Shown piece by piece: positions 1 to 10,428 of a stretch of 64,000 nt of DNA (positions are counted from its first letter, which is position 1; every line of letters begins with the position of its first letter). Source of the stretch: Phycisphaerae bacterium (GTDB lineage Bacteria; Planctomycetota; Phycisphaerae; UBA1845; Fen-1342); NCBI GenBank assembly GCA_963675745.2, contig CAXXWX010000026.1, positions 64,001 through 128,000 of the forward strand. Reading direction: 5' to 3'. Below the pieces are notes generated by a model, which did not search any database, was not told the origin of the DNA, and was given only the letters and a program-made list of their open reading frames with translations. The position numbers and the translations under genes are program-made.

Positions 1-989
1 TCGCGGGGGCGAAGCCGACCTGGATCCGCCGTTCGACGACGTTGTTGGCCTCATCGATCTCGGTGAGCACACCGTGCGGGTCCACCACAACGAAGATCGC
101 GTGCACGCCCGGCTCGCTCGGCGTCCAGTCCGCCGCAATGCTGCCGGTGCCGTTGTTCTCCAGGTAGTGGGCCGAATATGTGTAGTCGGGAAAGTCGTGT
201 CCGGAATCGATGACTTCCGCGGTCTGCCCGACGAAGTCCTCGGAAAGCAGCATGCCGCCCGCAGCCGGGTCGCCATGCCAGATCTGCACGGTCAGATTCC
301 TGGACGCGGGTGGGTTGGCGGCCCGGGGATAAACGCTCACCCCGCGCAGGTCCGGGTTGGGATCAACTGCCGCCCATGCGGTCGTAGCGCTCGGCCTCGA
401 CGCGGACCTCCCCGATTTCCACCCAGTCGAGGCTATAGTCGGGGTAGTAGTCCATCTGGTACGTGCCCAGGAACAACGTGTGCGGGCCAGGTGTGACCGG
501 AACATCATGGATGGTGACGAGGTTCCAGCTCTGGTTTGTGGCCGTCGGTGGCACGGAGATGTCGGTGATGAACGCCCCATCGAGTTCCACGCGCCACCGA
601 ACGGTCGCGTCCTTGTCCCGGCAGCGAAACGAGATGTCCGCCAACGCGCGCGTGGGATCCTCGTATTCGAAATCCCATTCCGCCCAGCAGGACCGGCCGC
701 TTGATGAGTACCAGCCCCAGGCCCCATCCGCCCGGCAGACGCCGAGATTGTGCACGGTCGCGGTGATCGTCACCGCTTCGCCCGGCGCCGGCCGGTCGTT
801 GGTGAAACCGATGTCCTCCGCGGCCAAGCCATAGTCGTAGTCGCTGACCTGTGGATAGTCGAAGTCATCCACGATGGTCACCGTTAGCGCGAGGGGATCG
901 TCGTCCGCGTTCAGCACACTCGCGGGCAGCAACAGCAATGCGATCGACGCGCCAATCATGCTTCTCAGGATTGCTCGGCCCTTGTTCAT
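1..989 (-). CDS. Secreted CARDB (Ig-like) domain protein with an inserted jelly-roll/CBM-like domain; frameshift near 367; runs off the window edge
   Basis: Signal peptide, then 'PAPGEAVTITATVHNLG'. After TGA at 363-365 the adjacent frame continues 'NLTVQIWHGDPAAGG...WTPSEPGVHAIFVVVDPHGVLTEIDEANN', a typical CARDB C-terminal half. Confidence 0.65.
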
Positions 990-1462
990 TTGTCGTCTCC
1001 TGTTCTGTAAGGCCCTTGTTGACTCTTACGTGTTAATCAGCCCGCCGATGGCGCGGGTACGACCAGCGCAACGCCGCGACAGATCATCCACGTAGTGTTC
1101 GGGCGCCCATGCGGACAGGTGTTCAACGTTCATTGACCGCTGAGCGACGCCGTCGGTGGTCTGCTGATATGACTAGTCAGCCAAACGTGTGGGTGCGCAA
1201 CGCGCCGTGGTGCAAAAAAAAGAGAGTGCCGGGCTCCACCGGTCCGCTGACGAGGATTCGTCGCGCTCAAGGTGTGGCGCGCTTTGCGGAACGGCGACTG
1301 GGAGCATCAGAGCCAATTGACATTGCTCGCCGGCTACAAATCGGCGCGGCACTTTCGGCGAGTGTCGGTATCATTCACCAGCGACGAAGTCATGCTGAGC
1401 ATGACCTATCTCGCGGCGCTTGAGTCACGTGACATACACGCGGCTTGTTGTGGGAGATGCAG

Positions 1463-1726
1463 ATGATCGAGGTTTACCTGGCGGCGGATCTCGCCGACGC
1501 GCAGCTTGTGTGCAACATGCTCGAAGACCATGGAATCAAGGCAGTTGTGCAAGGCGAGCTGCTGAACATCGCACAAGGCGGCGTGCCCTGCGGACCGACC
1601 ACCGCGCCGACCGTGTGGGTCAATGAGGCGGATGCGGAGCGGGCTCGCCAACTCATCGACGAAATCGATCAGCGACGTCGGCGGCGACAAGAGACTGAAT
1701 CGTCAGATCCCGCGGATTCCGACTGA
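1463..1726 (+). CDS. DUF2007 family small protein
   Basis: 'VYLAADLADAQLVCNMLEDHGIKAVVQGE...VWVNEADAERARQLI' fits the DUF2007 pattern; GGGAG upstream of ATG 1463. Confidence 0.75.
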   Translation: MIEVYLAADLADAQLVCNMLEDHGIKAVVQGELLNIAQGGVPCGPTTAPTVWVNEADAERARQLIDEIDQRRRRRQETESSDPADSD

Positions 1727-1977
1727 ACCTCGCACGATTAATCCGCGTGGTCGTCTGTGCATGTGGCGCGTCCGCCACCCAACAAGGTTGCGGCGGTCGC
1801 AGGCGTTGCGCGGCGCCGTGTTCCCCCATCCCGCGGACCAGAAGTGCCGTAGGCCCCCCTTCGGAATGTGACCGTGACCGTGGCAGAGGCTGCAGCGCAG
1901 GCCGCACCCCGGTTTGATCCACCGCGGCGTCGCGGTGGGCCATGTATCGGCATCTGCGGCTTGTGGCGAACGGAACC

Positions 1978-3168
1978 TCAAAGGCCTACGAGCAGCGCCA
2001 CAAACTGGTCGATGTCACCATTATTGACCCAGCCGTCGCCATTGATGTCGCCGAGCACAATGTCGCAATCCGGGTAGTCGGTAGCGTACTGGACCGGATC
2101 AGACAGAGCCAGGGCAAATGCGTCGAGGTCACCGTTGTTAACCCAGCCGTCGCAGTTCAGGTCGCCGATGGGCGCGACTCCGGCGACGCGGAACCCGATG
2201 TGGCCGTATTCGTACGATGGGGCATCGTAGCCGCGGAACAGCGCGAGCATCGCGAAGTAGTTCGTGCCAAAATGCCCGCCCCGCTTCCCACGCTCCACGC
2301 CGATGACCGCCTCATTCCACTCGAAGACGTTGCCCCCTTGGTCAAACGTACCATACGGACTGTCGGACAGTCCGAAGTACCCGACCTCTGTGCGCCAGTA
2401 CGGACCGCCGATCGTGTACCGCCACGGGTAATGAAGATCGAAGTCGTAGAAATTCGCTGAGTTTCCGGTGTCTCCGGCTGGATGCCCGTTGTCCGGCTGC
2501 GCGTCGCTGCCCATGGGATAGTGCCAGTAGTTCCCTGTCGGGCCGTCGTTGTCATTATACGCCGCCTTGTACCACTCGTCCTCCGACGGAATCACCCACG
2601 TGGCATCCGGTTCACGCGCGACGGCCAACAGGTCGGCGTCACTCACTGCCCCGTTGAGGACATACGAACCATCTTCCGTCGTGGTGAGCCCCTGGAGCCC
2701 CGACGGCTGGTCATTGTGCAGCCAGTTGCAAAACCGCGCCGCGTCGCCCCAGGAAACGAAATTCACGGGACGGTTTGCCCAGTCTGGAGCCACACTGTAC
2801 GTGTAGCTGCCCGGGCTGCCGTGACGCTGGATATTGCAGCCGCGGACCCAGTCACTTACGTCGGCCATGGCTTCGTTATACAGCCCGTAGGTGTCCGTGG
2901 CGGCAATGGCGTTTAGGAACTCCGTGTACTGGCCAACCGTCACCTCGTACATGCCGATCTTGTACACGTAGTCCACGGCGCCATAGCCGGTAGTGCCGTC
3001 TTGCATGACTTCTGTGTCCTCGGCATTGCCCGGGTTGCCCACGGTGACGGTCTCCAGGCTCGTCAAGCCGTCGGCCATATTGAACACGTCCGCCTGCGCG
3101 GGGTGTGCGTAGACCAATAGCAAACCCGCGCACCCCGTCAGCGTCGCAAGTCCGCGCAGACCCTGCAT
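1978..3168 (-). CDS. Secreted FGE-sulfatase (SUMF1/CLec-fold) domain protein with C-terminal dockerin-like domain
   Basis: Signal peptide from M3168 ending 'AHPAQA'; 'YEVTVGQYTEFLN', 'PVNFVSWGDAARFCNWL', 'PSEDEWYKAAY', 'DQGGNVFEW', 'IGFRVA'; tail 'GDLNCDGWVNNGDLDAF...GDINGDGWVNNGDIDQFVALL'. Confidence 0.85.
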   Translation of the reverse strand: MQGLRGLATLTGCAGLLLVYAHPAQADVFNMADGLTSLETVTVGNPGNAEDTEVMQDGTTGYGAVDYVYKIGMYEVTVGQYTEFLNAIAATDTYGLYNEAMADVSDWVRGCNIQRHGSPGSYTYSVAPDWANRPVNFVSWGDAARFCNWLHNDQPSGLQGLTTTEDGSYVLNGAVSDADLLAVAREPDATWVIPSEDEWYKAAYNDNDGPTGNYWHYPMGSDAQPDNGHPAGDTGNSANFYDFDLHYPWRYTIGGPYWRTEVGYFGLSDSPYGTFDQGGNVFEWNEAVIGVERGKRGGHFGTNYFAMLALFRGYDAPSYEYGHIGFRVAGVAPIGDLNCDGWVNNGDLDAFALALSDPVQYATDYPDCDIVLGDINGDGWVNNGDIDQFVALLVGL

Positions 3169-3438
3169 TCGCAGCCAGTCCAGATGCTGGGTCAGCACCA
3201 TCGGAAATGGCGGCGCAGCGTCGACCTGGGCCTGCGTGATGCCAGTCAATTCGGTGCAGAAAGCGGTTAGCGTTGGGTGATGCAGCGGCCGGACGCACGA
3301 CGCGAACTCAGCGATCGGTTCCGCCGTCGGCAGCGACAGCAGTACCGACGGGAACTCGATGATCTCCTGGGGATGTGGAGTGTCGCGCTCGTCGCATGTG
3401 GCTTCAAAATCCAGCACGACGACATAGTCGAGCGGCAT
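3169..3438 (-). pseudogene. N-terminal fragment of an ERI-1/KapD-like DEDDh 3'-5' exonuclease, in frame with the downstream secreted protein
   Basis: 'YVVVLDFEATC...QEIIEFPSV...VRPLHHPTLTAFCTELTGITQAQVDAAPPFPMVL' contains the ExoI motif; ExoII and ExoIII are absent. Confidence 0.75.
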
Positions 3439-3809
3439 GAAACTCCGGGCGTCGGTGGGCACGTTGGTGACGAATTGACGCCCATCGCCTTGCTGGCTGT
3501 TCATGCGCCGGCTCTCCAGTCTCGACACCATGCGCCGTACCGCCGCGCATCCCTTCTTTGCCAAGGCCGCCCATCAAGGCGGCGCAGCCGGTGGACGCGA
3601 CAGGTCGCTTGACCATCAACGGAATGGCGCCCATGGTACAATGAGTACGGCGTTTGCCCATGGCGTCTTTGGTGAACGCCGGAGAATTACCGGGGCACGT
3701 TAGCGGGTTGATCATCTCCGTCGCCGGTCGAGAGATCGGGCACATTCCGTCGAACTGCCGAATTAAGTGCGTCGACCACCTCGACCACGACAACGTGAGG
3801 GCTGACCAC

Positions 3810-4607
3810 ATGGTGCGTATTGCCTGGGCCACCGACATTCATCTCGAGTTCGTCGACGACGAGCAACTGGCTGCATTCTGTGCCCAACTGGCAGAAATCG
3901 CCGCCGATGCGGTCGTCCTCTGCGGCGACATCCACACGGCCGACGGCATCGAGGCAACGCTCGCCATGCTGGATGAGGCGCTGGAATGCCCATTGTTATT
4001 CGTGTTGGGCAACCACGACTTCTATGGCGGCTCCATCGCCAATGTCAGGCGACAGGTCGCGCAGGTGGTGGCCGGCGCCACGAATCTCCATTATCTCACC
4101 GTTTCCGGCCTCGTGCGACTCTCGCCGAAGATGTGCGTGATCGGCCATGATGGCTGGGGCGATGCGCGCTATGGAGATTTCGCAAGCTCGCGGTTAAGGC
4201 TCAACGACTTTCGGCTCATCCACGAGCTCACTGGGCTGACGCGCGAGGGGCTCGGCTCGAAGCTCCGGGAGCTCGGTGACGAGGCAGCCGCCCACATTGA
4301 GCGACTGCTGGCGACCGCACTCAGCCACTACGAGACCGTTCTCATCATCACGCACGTGCCGCCGTTCACTGAGATCAGTTTGTACGATGGTCGCCCGTCC
4401 CCGGACGGGGCGCCGTTCTTTGCGTGCAAGGTGGTTGGCGATGTGATCCTGGCGGCGGCCACGGCCCACCCAGACCGGCAGATCACCGTCATCTGCGGCC
4501 ACTCTCACGCCGCCGCCGAGGCACATGTGGCGCCGAACGTCCGCGCGATCGCCGGCGGGGCGAGGTACGGGGCTCCCACGCTTCAGACTATGCTTGAGTT
4601 CGCGTAG
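3810..4607 (+). CDS. Calcineurin-like metallophosphoesterase (Icc/CpdA-like)
   Basis: Motifs TDIH, CGDI, LGNHD, THVPP, CGHSH; likely start ATG 3810. Confidence 0.85.
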   Translation: MVRIAWATDIHLEFVDDEQLAAFCAQLAEIAADAVVLCGDIHTADGIEATLAMLDEALECPLLFVLGNHDFYGGSIANVRRQVAQVVAGATNLHYLTVSGLVRLSPKMCVIGHDGWGDARYGDFASSRLRLNDFRLIHELTGLTREGLGSKLRELGDEAAAHIERLLATALSHYETVLIITHVPPFTEISLYDGRPSPDGAPFFACKVVGDVILAAATAHPDRQITVICGHSHAAAEAHVAPNVRAIAGGARYGAPTLQTMLEFA

Positions 4608-4793
4608 CGTGTTGCCAGATCGTCGATCCGAACAAATGCAATCACGAGGAGATTCGGCTTGCGCATCGCAGTACGCATGAACCTGCTCAGACGTTTTGGC
4701 GTCGAACGGTAGTTGACGCGCAAAGGCGAGGGCCGAGCGGACTCAATCATGCAGATCCACCAGGCCCTCACCGCTATCGCACGCGCAGCGACG

Positions 4794-5366
4794 CTAGCGT
4801 CGCCTAGCGATCAGAAAACCCACCCCGAGAATCAGGCCCAATAGCGAACTCGGCTCGGGAACGACCTCGATGATTCCCTGCCAGCCATTCGCGGAGTGAG
4901 CATCGCACCATTTGTGCTCATAACTCGGGTAGCTGTGCATATAAATCGCCGCATGCTGCTCACCGAGGCCGCCCGAAGGTTCACCACCGTACCAGTTCGT
5001 GTAGCTGGTGCTCGCTGGGTTGTTCCACTCCCACCAGCCACCGTCGCCGGCAACCCACTCCCAGTGTCCCTCGTCCTCCATGTCGTTGAATCCAATCCAG
5101 GCGACATTGTCATCACCGGTCATATGGTCTCGTAGCGTATCGAATACCCAGGTGTTTTCTTCCTCGCTGTTAATCGTGACGAGGTTGCCGCCGCTGCCAA
5201 CGGCAATCGCCTGGCATTCGTGCCACTGACCGCGCTCGGTCAATGCGTAGCGGTGGCCACGTCCCCAGTCCGTATCGGGACCATCGAACCAGGTAAGATC
5301 TGCGAATGCAGGGCCTGCAATCGCAACCATCGATACAGCAGTGATGATGCCGAGGGTCAATCGCAT
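4794..5366 (-). CDS. C-type lectin domain PEP-CTERM protein
   Basis: Signal peptide; 'GGNLVTINSEEENTWV', 'WIGFNDMEDEGHWEW', 'YTNWYGGEP'; tail 'VPEPSSLLGLILGVGFLIARRR'; AAGGAG RBS. Confidence 0.88.
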   Translation of the reverse strand: MRLTLGIITAVSMVAIAGPAFADLTWFDGPDTDWGRGHRYALTERGQWHECQAIAVGSGGNLVTINSEEENTWVFDTLRDHMTGDDNVAWIGFNDMEDEGHWEWVAGDGGWWEWNNPASTSYTNWYGGEPSGGLGEQHAAIYMHSYPSYEHKWCDAHSANGWQGIIEVVPEPSSLLGLILGVGFLIARRR

Positions 5367-5520
5367 GATTTGCTCCTTTTCTATGCAAGACTCGTCAGAG
5401 CCACACCCTGCCACACAGCAGGGGTAGTCCACACCCTACGCCAAGTTCCTCTGTAGTGATGCCACAACCTCTAATCAGCCGACATCAAACTTGTGCCAGC
5501 AGTGGTTGATCGGTCAAGTG

Positions 5521-6243
5521 CTATTCATGTCGCTCATGACTCACGGGATGCACACTGCTCGAATCATCGGCCGTGTGAGTCTCTGCAACCTCCTGCCGTT
5601 CTCTGACGGGAATGAGCAAGCAGTCAACCTCAGACAAGTCCCCAACCCAGACCTTAAGAGTCTGCCCGCAAACAACCGCCATCGGCCGCGGCGCCAATGC
5701 CGCCCGCAGCTGGTGGATATGATCGATGCGCGGTGGGCCATCCTTCCCCGGGCCGTTGACGCAGACAACGTCGATATGGCCCACGCGCTCGATCTCCAGC
5801 GGGTCCCCGCCCCTCGATGTATGCTCGTCGCTCGGCGTGTTTCCAAACACCAAACCGTCCCAGTCGCACCCGTCACGTGCGGCCTGAACAGCGATCGCCA
5901 AGGCTCCCGCAGCAGTTCCCGACTCGCCGGGCTCCGCCCACACCCCGTCGATCCCATCCGGAAGTCGGTGAATCACATCCTGCGGCCGCAGGTCGCGGCA
6001 GTGGACGCCAACGAACGCGGCCGGATGCGCCGCCACAACGGTGCGGGCGATTTCGAGCAGCGACTGGTGACCGATCGAGTCGTTACACAGGAAGACGCCG
6101 GCCATGTTGCCGGCCAGCGCGGCCCTGGCTGCCTGGAGGGCTGCTGCCGGCTCGGACACCTCAACCATTGCGATCCGCGGCTGCCGCTGTCGGGTGAAGA
6201 CCCGCGTAAACCGCCGCCGTGCTCCATCCACTTTTGTGAACAT
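5521..6243 (-). CDS. Divergent BtpA/SgcQ-like TIM-barrel protein
   Basis: 'AGVFLCN...VGVHCRDL...GIDGVWA...WDGLVFG...DVVCVNGPG...DCLLI' resembles the BtpA/SgcQ family but is degenerate. Confidence 0.5.
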   Translation of the reverse strand: MFTKVDGARRRFTRVFTRQRQPRIAMVEVSEPAAALQAARAALAGNMAGVFLCNDSIGHQSLLEIARTVVAAHPAAFVGVHCRDLRPQDVIHRLPDGIDGVWAEPGESGTAAGALAIAVQAARDGCDWDGLVFGNTPSDEHTSRGGDPLEIERVGHIDVVCVNGPGKDGPPRIDHIHQLRAALAPRPMAVVCGQTLKVWVGDLSEVDCLLIPVRERQEVAETHTADDSSSVHPVSHERHE

Positions 6244-6400
6244 GACCTGCTCCTACCCAGTACCTATCCAAACGTGCCCGGACCTTTCATGATTCCGCCG
6301 AAATGCTCGCCGCTGAGGCGCCAGTGGAACCGCTTGAGTTCACCGAACCCAACGCGTAAACTCGGTGCCTGTGGGAACTAAACGCAATGGGGTGCCTGTC

Positions 6401-7042
6401 GTGGATGAACCGAAGGACTGGTCGCGGGCGACCGTATCGGGCCTGCAATTGACGCGGCGGCTCCAGGACCCGAGCGATCAGGCCGCTTGGTTCGAAGTGG
6501 ATGGGCGGTACGGCCCGCTGATCCAGGCACACGCGGTGCGTAGGGGGCTGCGGGCCGATCTGGCACTTGATGCTCGTCAAGAGGCGATGTGTGCCTTGGC
6601 TAAGGCGGTGCAGGCCGGGCGTTTTCCGAGCGATAAGTCGGAGCACGGGGAGAAGCCAGGATCGCGTACACGCGCGTATTTGTTCCGTGTTGCTCAGTAC
6701 GTGACAATCAAGATAATCAGGGGTGAGAACAAGATCCCATTGTGTGCGTCATCGGGGCCTGATGAACCGAGTATTCTCGAGACGCTGCCGGGCGAGGACG
6801 AATGGGAGCGCCGCTGGAACGAGGAGTGGGAGCTCGCGGTACGTCAACAGTGCCTGAGAGAGGCGCAGGCACACTTCACGGCCGACACCTACCGCGTCTT
6901 CTATTTGAAGACCGTTGAGGAACGGTCGGCGGCCGAGATAGCCGCAATGACTGGCAAGACCGAAGAGGCTGTCCACACGGCAACGAGTCGCGTGCGGTCA
7001 TTCCTCCGCCGGATATTCCCGGAGATGACGGAGATCTTCTGA
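6401..7042 (+). CDS. ECF-type RNA polymerase sigma factor (start uncertain, 6365-6401)
   Basis: 'LTRRLQDPSDQAAWFEVDGRYGPLI' (region 2); 'RSAAEIAAMTGKTEEAVHTATSRVRSFL' (region 4 HTH); 5 bp upstream of a kinase gene. Confidence 0.85.
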   Translation: MDEPKDWSRATVSGLQLTRRLQDPSDQAAWFEVDGRYGPLIQAHAVRRGLRADLALDARQEAMCALAKAVQAGRFPSDKSEHGEKPGSRTRAYLFRVAQYVTIKIIRGENKIPLCASSGPDEPSILETLPGEDEWERRWNEEWELAVRQQCLREAQAHFTADTYRVFYLKTVEERSAAEIAAMTGKTEEAVHTATSRVRSFLRRIFPEMTEIF

Positions 7043-7047
7043 CTGCC

Positions 7048-10000
7048 ATGGAATTGGACGAATCCAGTGCGGCGTGGAAGAAGGCGGGTAAGGGGATGCC
7101 ACCTCTGGGGGACATCGATCCCACCCACGTGACTCCTGCGCAGCTTCACGACGCGCCAGGCAGTGGGTCGTCTGATGGCAGGGACGATGGCGATCCGCCG
7201 TGTCTGTATCTTAAGCAGTACCGCAACTGCACACTGATAGCCAAGACGGCACTATCCCGGACGTGGCGCGCCTACGACGTAAAACGTAAGTCGGACGTCG
7301 TTGTGAAAGAGCTACATGGAGACCTGTTGCTCCATCCCCAGTTCCTTGGGCGATTCCAGAGCGAGTATGCGTTCACGGCTTGGCTCTCGCACGCGAACGT
7401 CGTCGTGCCGCTCATGGCGCATTTCGAGGAACCGCCGTATTGCTACGTAATGCCGTACATCGACGGCGAGCACCTGGATGATTACTGCACCAGCCACAAC
7501 TTGAGCATCAGCGAGCGGATCAGACTGTGCTTGCCGATCTGCCAGGCAATCACGCACGCTCACGACAACCGGGTTGTTCATCGCGATCTGAAGCCGAACA
7601 ACATCCTGGTTGGCAAGGACGGTCGACCGCAGTTGATCGACTTCGGATTAGCGCGCGAGATTTCCAGCGTGGAGGTAGCCAGCCAGATTGGGGGCAACAC
7701 CGAGGGGACGCCGGGCTACATGTCGCCGGAACAGGCTGACGGCCGTGAGGGCGATGCGCGCACCGACGTGTATTCCCTTGGGGTGGTTCTCTACGAACTG
7801 CTGACCGGCCACCTTCCAATCAAGCCGACGAGGGATGTCCGCGAGCTATTGCGACGCATTCGCGAAGATGCGCCCACACGTCCGACCGAGTGGACCGACG
7901 TAGTCGACTGGGAGCTTGAGGCGTTGCTGCTCAAGACGCTCGAGAAGCGCCCGCAAGATCGCTACGCAAGCATCGCGGATCTGCGCGAGGACTTGGAGAA
8001 CTACCTGGCGTGCCGGCCGCTCAGCATCCTCCGCCACAACCCGGGCTATGTAGCCAGGAAGTGGATTCGCCGGAACCGCGTGGGGGTGGCAATTGGGTCG
8101 TCATTCGCCGTGCTGGTCATTGTCTTCTGCATCATCGCGTTGTGGCTGACCGTCTCGAATGCGCGAGCCGTGGCCGAGACCGCCGCGCTCGGCCGGCATA
8201 AGACCGCGATCGTCGCTGCACAGCTTCAGGGGCGCAACGATGATCCATTCAACGCAGCTCGGACACTGTGGCGCGAGCACTTCTACGCCCAGCGACACGC
8301 GAATGCCAGTACGCGTCGCACCAAGTTCGCGCTGTGGGCGTTCTATCAGCGCTATCCGTGCATCTGGCACGTGGGGCACAGCGTCGGCGAGAGGGTTCTG
8401 ACGCCTAAGGAACACATGCGTTCGCGCGTGCGCTGCAGCCCGGACAGCAAGTGGATAGCCACGGTTCTGAATTGGGAAGATGAGTCAGGACGACTGCGTG
8501 GTCGCGTGGCGATACTCGACGCGGTTTCAGGGGCGCTGCAATCCGAGGTAAACGAACCGGCGTATCTGCCACGCTGCGTTGCGTTTGCTCCCGACGGACG
8601 TTCGCTGTGGGTTGGCGATGAGGATGGCCAGGTGCGTTGCTTTGCCCTCCCTTCGGAAAGCGGCGAACTCGACAGCCAGCCGGCCAGCACGATTCCGATT
8701 GGCGACCACCCCATCACGGTGCTCGCCATCTCGCCGGACGGCCATCTGCTGGCGACCGGGACAGACCGCGACACGATCGACATCGTCACGATTGGACAGG
8801 GCTCGTCGACGCCGCTGACCGGCTGGCCGAAACGGATCAGCACCATAACGACCGATCTCGCGTTCTCGCCCGACAGCACGCAGCTTGCCGCCAGCTTTCG
8901 CGAGCTCACGGTCGAGAACCCACAGGGCGTGTGCGTCTGGCGCATCGCCGATGGCGGCTGCGTGGGCGAGGTACGTGAGCGAGCGTGTTGGTCGCTGGCT
9001 TGGGCTCCGGATGGGCAGGGGCTTCATGTTGACGGCAAGGCAGGGCTGCACAAGTTGCGTGCGGACGGCAGCTTATCGGCGCGGCTCGGAGAGGCGCGCC
9101 CCTGGGGTCTCCGCGCCATCGACCTCGCCAGAGCCAGCGATCGCACCCTCATTGCCCATGCCGCCGGCGATTGCCAGATCGGCCTCTATGACCTCGGCCG
9201 GCGTATGACACTTCCCATCCACGGCTTCCACTTCGGGTCTGTCGCCGATCAACTGGATCTCAGCTTCGATCCCGACGGCGTCTTTGTCGCGTCGACGGCG
9301 CGCGACGGTGTGCGCCTGTGGCGTGTCACCGGTTCTCTTGCGCGTCCCTGGCCAAGCGGGACGGAGGATATCCCGTGTGCGGCGCTGGCGCTCAGCCAAT
9401 CCGGCACCGTGGTCTGCGTCGCACGCGGCGGGGATCTGAGCGTCACCGCAACAGCCGATGAGCGGGCCCGGGCGTACTCGTTCTGGGCACCGTCCGACAG
9501 CTCTCCTGCGGCGGGCTTGGAGCCGTTTTGCGAAACAGGCTTGCTCTGCGGGCCAGTGCCGAGTCTGAGTGATAAGTACGTCGTGTACAGCCGGCAGACT
9601 TCGGAGAATGAAGACGCAACCGTCATCATCGGCACGACAGACCGATCCGGTACCGTGCTTGCCGAGGCGTCGCTGGGGCCCAAGGTTGTGTCCGCGCTGT
9701 ACTGGCTATCTGATGTACCCGCCACGATTCTGGTTGGCACGAAGGCGGGCACGCTGTTCCGCTGGCGGCCGAACCTCGAGCCGAGCGCGCCGTCGCCACC
9801 TGAGGCGTTGCGGCCCCTCTGGCAGTTCGATACCGCATGCTCCGGAATCACCATCAGCCATGACGGTCTTTGGTGTGCGGCGTGTGCCGAAAACGCCGCT
9901 GCGAAACCCGAATCTACCCGCCCGCAGGTCTGCGTATGGCGCGTGGGCCGGATGATGGCAGCGACCGGCGCAGCGTCCGAAGCACTGAGGCCGGACTACT

Positions 10001-10428
10001 GCTTCTCGACGCACCCCTTCACGTGGCGGGTCAACTTCGTCCGCGGCGCGGACGGCACCCTGCTCCTGGCAACCAGCGGCAGTGCGCGAGAGATTCGGCT
10101 GTGGGAGGCGTTTACGGGCGTCGAGCGTAGGCCCTTGTGCGGCCATCAGGACGGCATCTTCCGTTGCTTCGCCCTCGACGAACAGACGCTTGTGACCAGT
10201 TCACGCGACCGCTCGGTCCGCATCTGGGACGTGCCCACGCGCGAGGAGCTGTGCCTGCTCTACGAGTCGCCGTGGGACTCCCCGGCCATCGCCGTCCGAA
10301 ATGGCCGCATCGCCATCGCCGACGCGACCGGCGTAACGGTCGCCGACACACGCGAGATCGACGCGTTCATCGCCGCCAACCGGAACATGGCCCGGCGGTT
10401 GTACGAGGACGGCACATTGCAACGCTGA
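7048..10428 (+). CDS. Ser/Thr protein kinase with a transmembrane helix and WD40-like beta-propeller repeats
   Basis: HRDLKPNN, DFG, GTPGYMSPE, DVYSLG; hydrophobic segment after 'RRNR'; WD repeats such as 'GHQDGIFRCFALDEQTLVTSSRDRSVRIWD'. Confidence 0.92.
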   Translation: MELDESSAAWKKAGKGMPPLGDIDPTHVTPAQLHDAPGSGSSDGRDDGDPPCLYLKQYRNCTLIAKTALSRTWRAYDVKRKSDVVVKELHGDLLLHPQFLGRFQSEYAFTAWLSHANVVVPLMAHFEEPPYCYVMPYIDGEHLDDYCTSHNLSISERIRLCLPICQAITHAHDNRVVHRDLKPNNILVGKDGRPQLIDFGLAREISSVEVASQIGGNTEGTPGYMSPEQADGREGDARTDVYSLGVVLYELLTGHLPIKPTRDVRELLRRIREDAPTRPTEWTDVVDWELEALLLKTLEKRPQDRYASIADLREDLENYLACRPLSILRHNPGYVARKWIRRNRVGVAIGSSFAVLVIVFCIIALWLTVSNARAVAETAALGRHKTAIVAAQLQGRNDDPFNAARTLWREHFYAQRHANASTRRTKFALWAFYQRYPCIWHVGHSVGERVLTPKEHMRSRVRCSPDSKWIATVLNWEDESGRLRGRVAILDAVSGALQSEVNEPAYLPRCVAFAPDGRSLWVGDEDGQVRCFALPSESGELDSQPASTIPIGDHPITVLAISPDGHLLATGTDRDTIDIVTIGQGSSTPLTGWPKRISTITTDLAFSPDSTQLAASFRELTVENPQGVCVWRIADGGCVGEVRERACWSLAWAPDGQGLHVDGKAGLHKLRADGSLSARLGEARPWGLRAIDLARASDRTLIAHAAGDCQIGLYDLGRRMTLPIHGFHFGSVADQLDLSFDPDGVFVASTARDGVRLWRVTGSLARPWPSGTEDIPCAALALSQSGTVVCVARGGDLSVTATADERARAYSFWAPSDSSPAAGLEPFCETGLLCGPVPSLSDKYVVYSRQTSENEDATVIIGTTDRSGTVLAEASLGPKVVSALYWLSDVPATILVGTKAGTLFRWRPNLEPSAPSPPEALRPLWQFDTACSGITISHDGLWCAACAENAAAKPESTRPQVCVWRVGRMMAATGAASEALRPDYCFSTHPFTWRVNFVRGADGTLLLATSGSAREIRLWEAFTGVERRPLCGHQDGIFRCFALDEQTLVTSSRDRSVRIWDVPTREELCLLYESPWDSPAIAVRNGRIAIADATGVTVADTREIDAFIAANRNMARRLYEDGTLQR

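Noticed and set aside
1272..1466. Possible AraC-like HTH remnant ('LLAGYKSARHFRRV')
   Set aside because: The resemblance is too short to support a call.
4788..4803. Perfect 16-bp palindrome GCGACGCTAGCGTCGC
   Set aside because: It overlaps the Arg-Arg-stop codons of the lectin gene and has no loop or T-tract; probably incidental.
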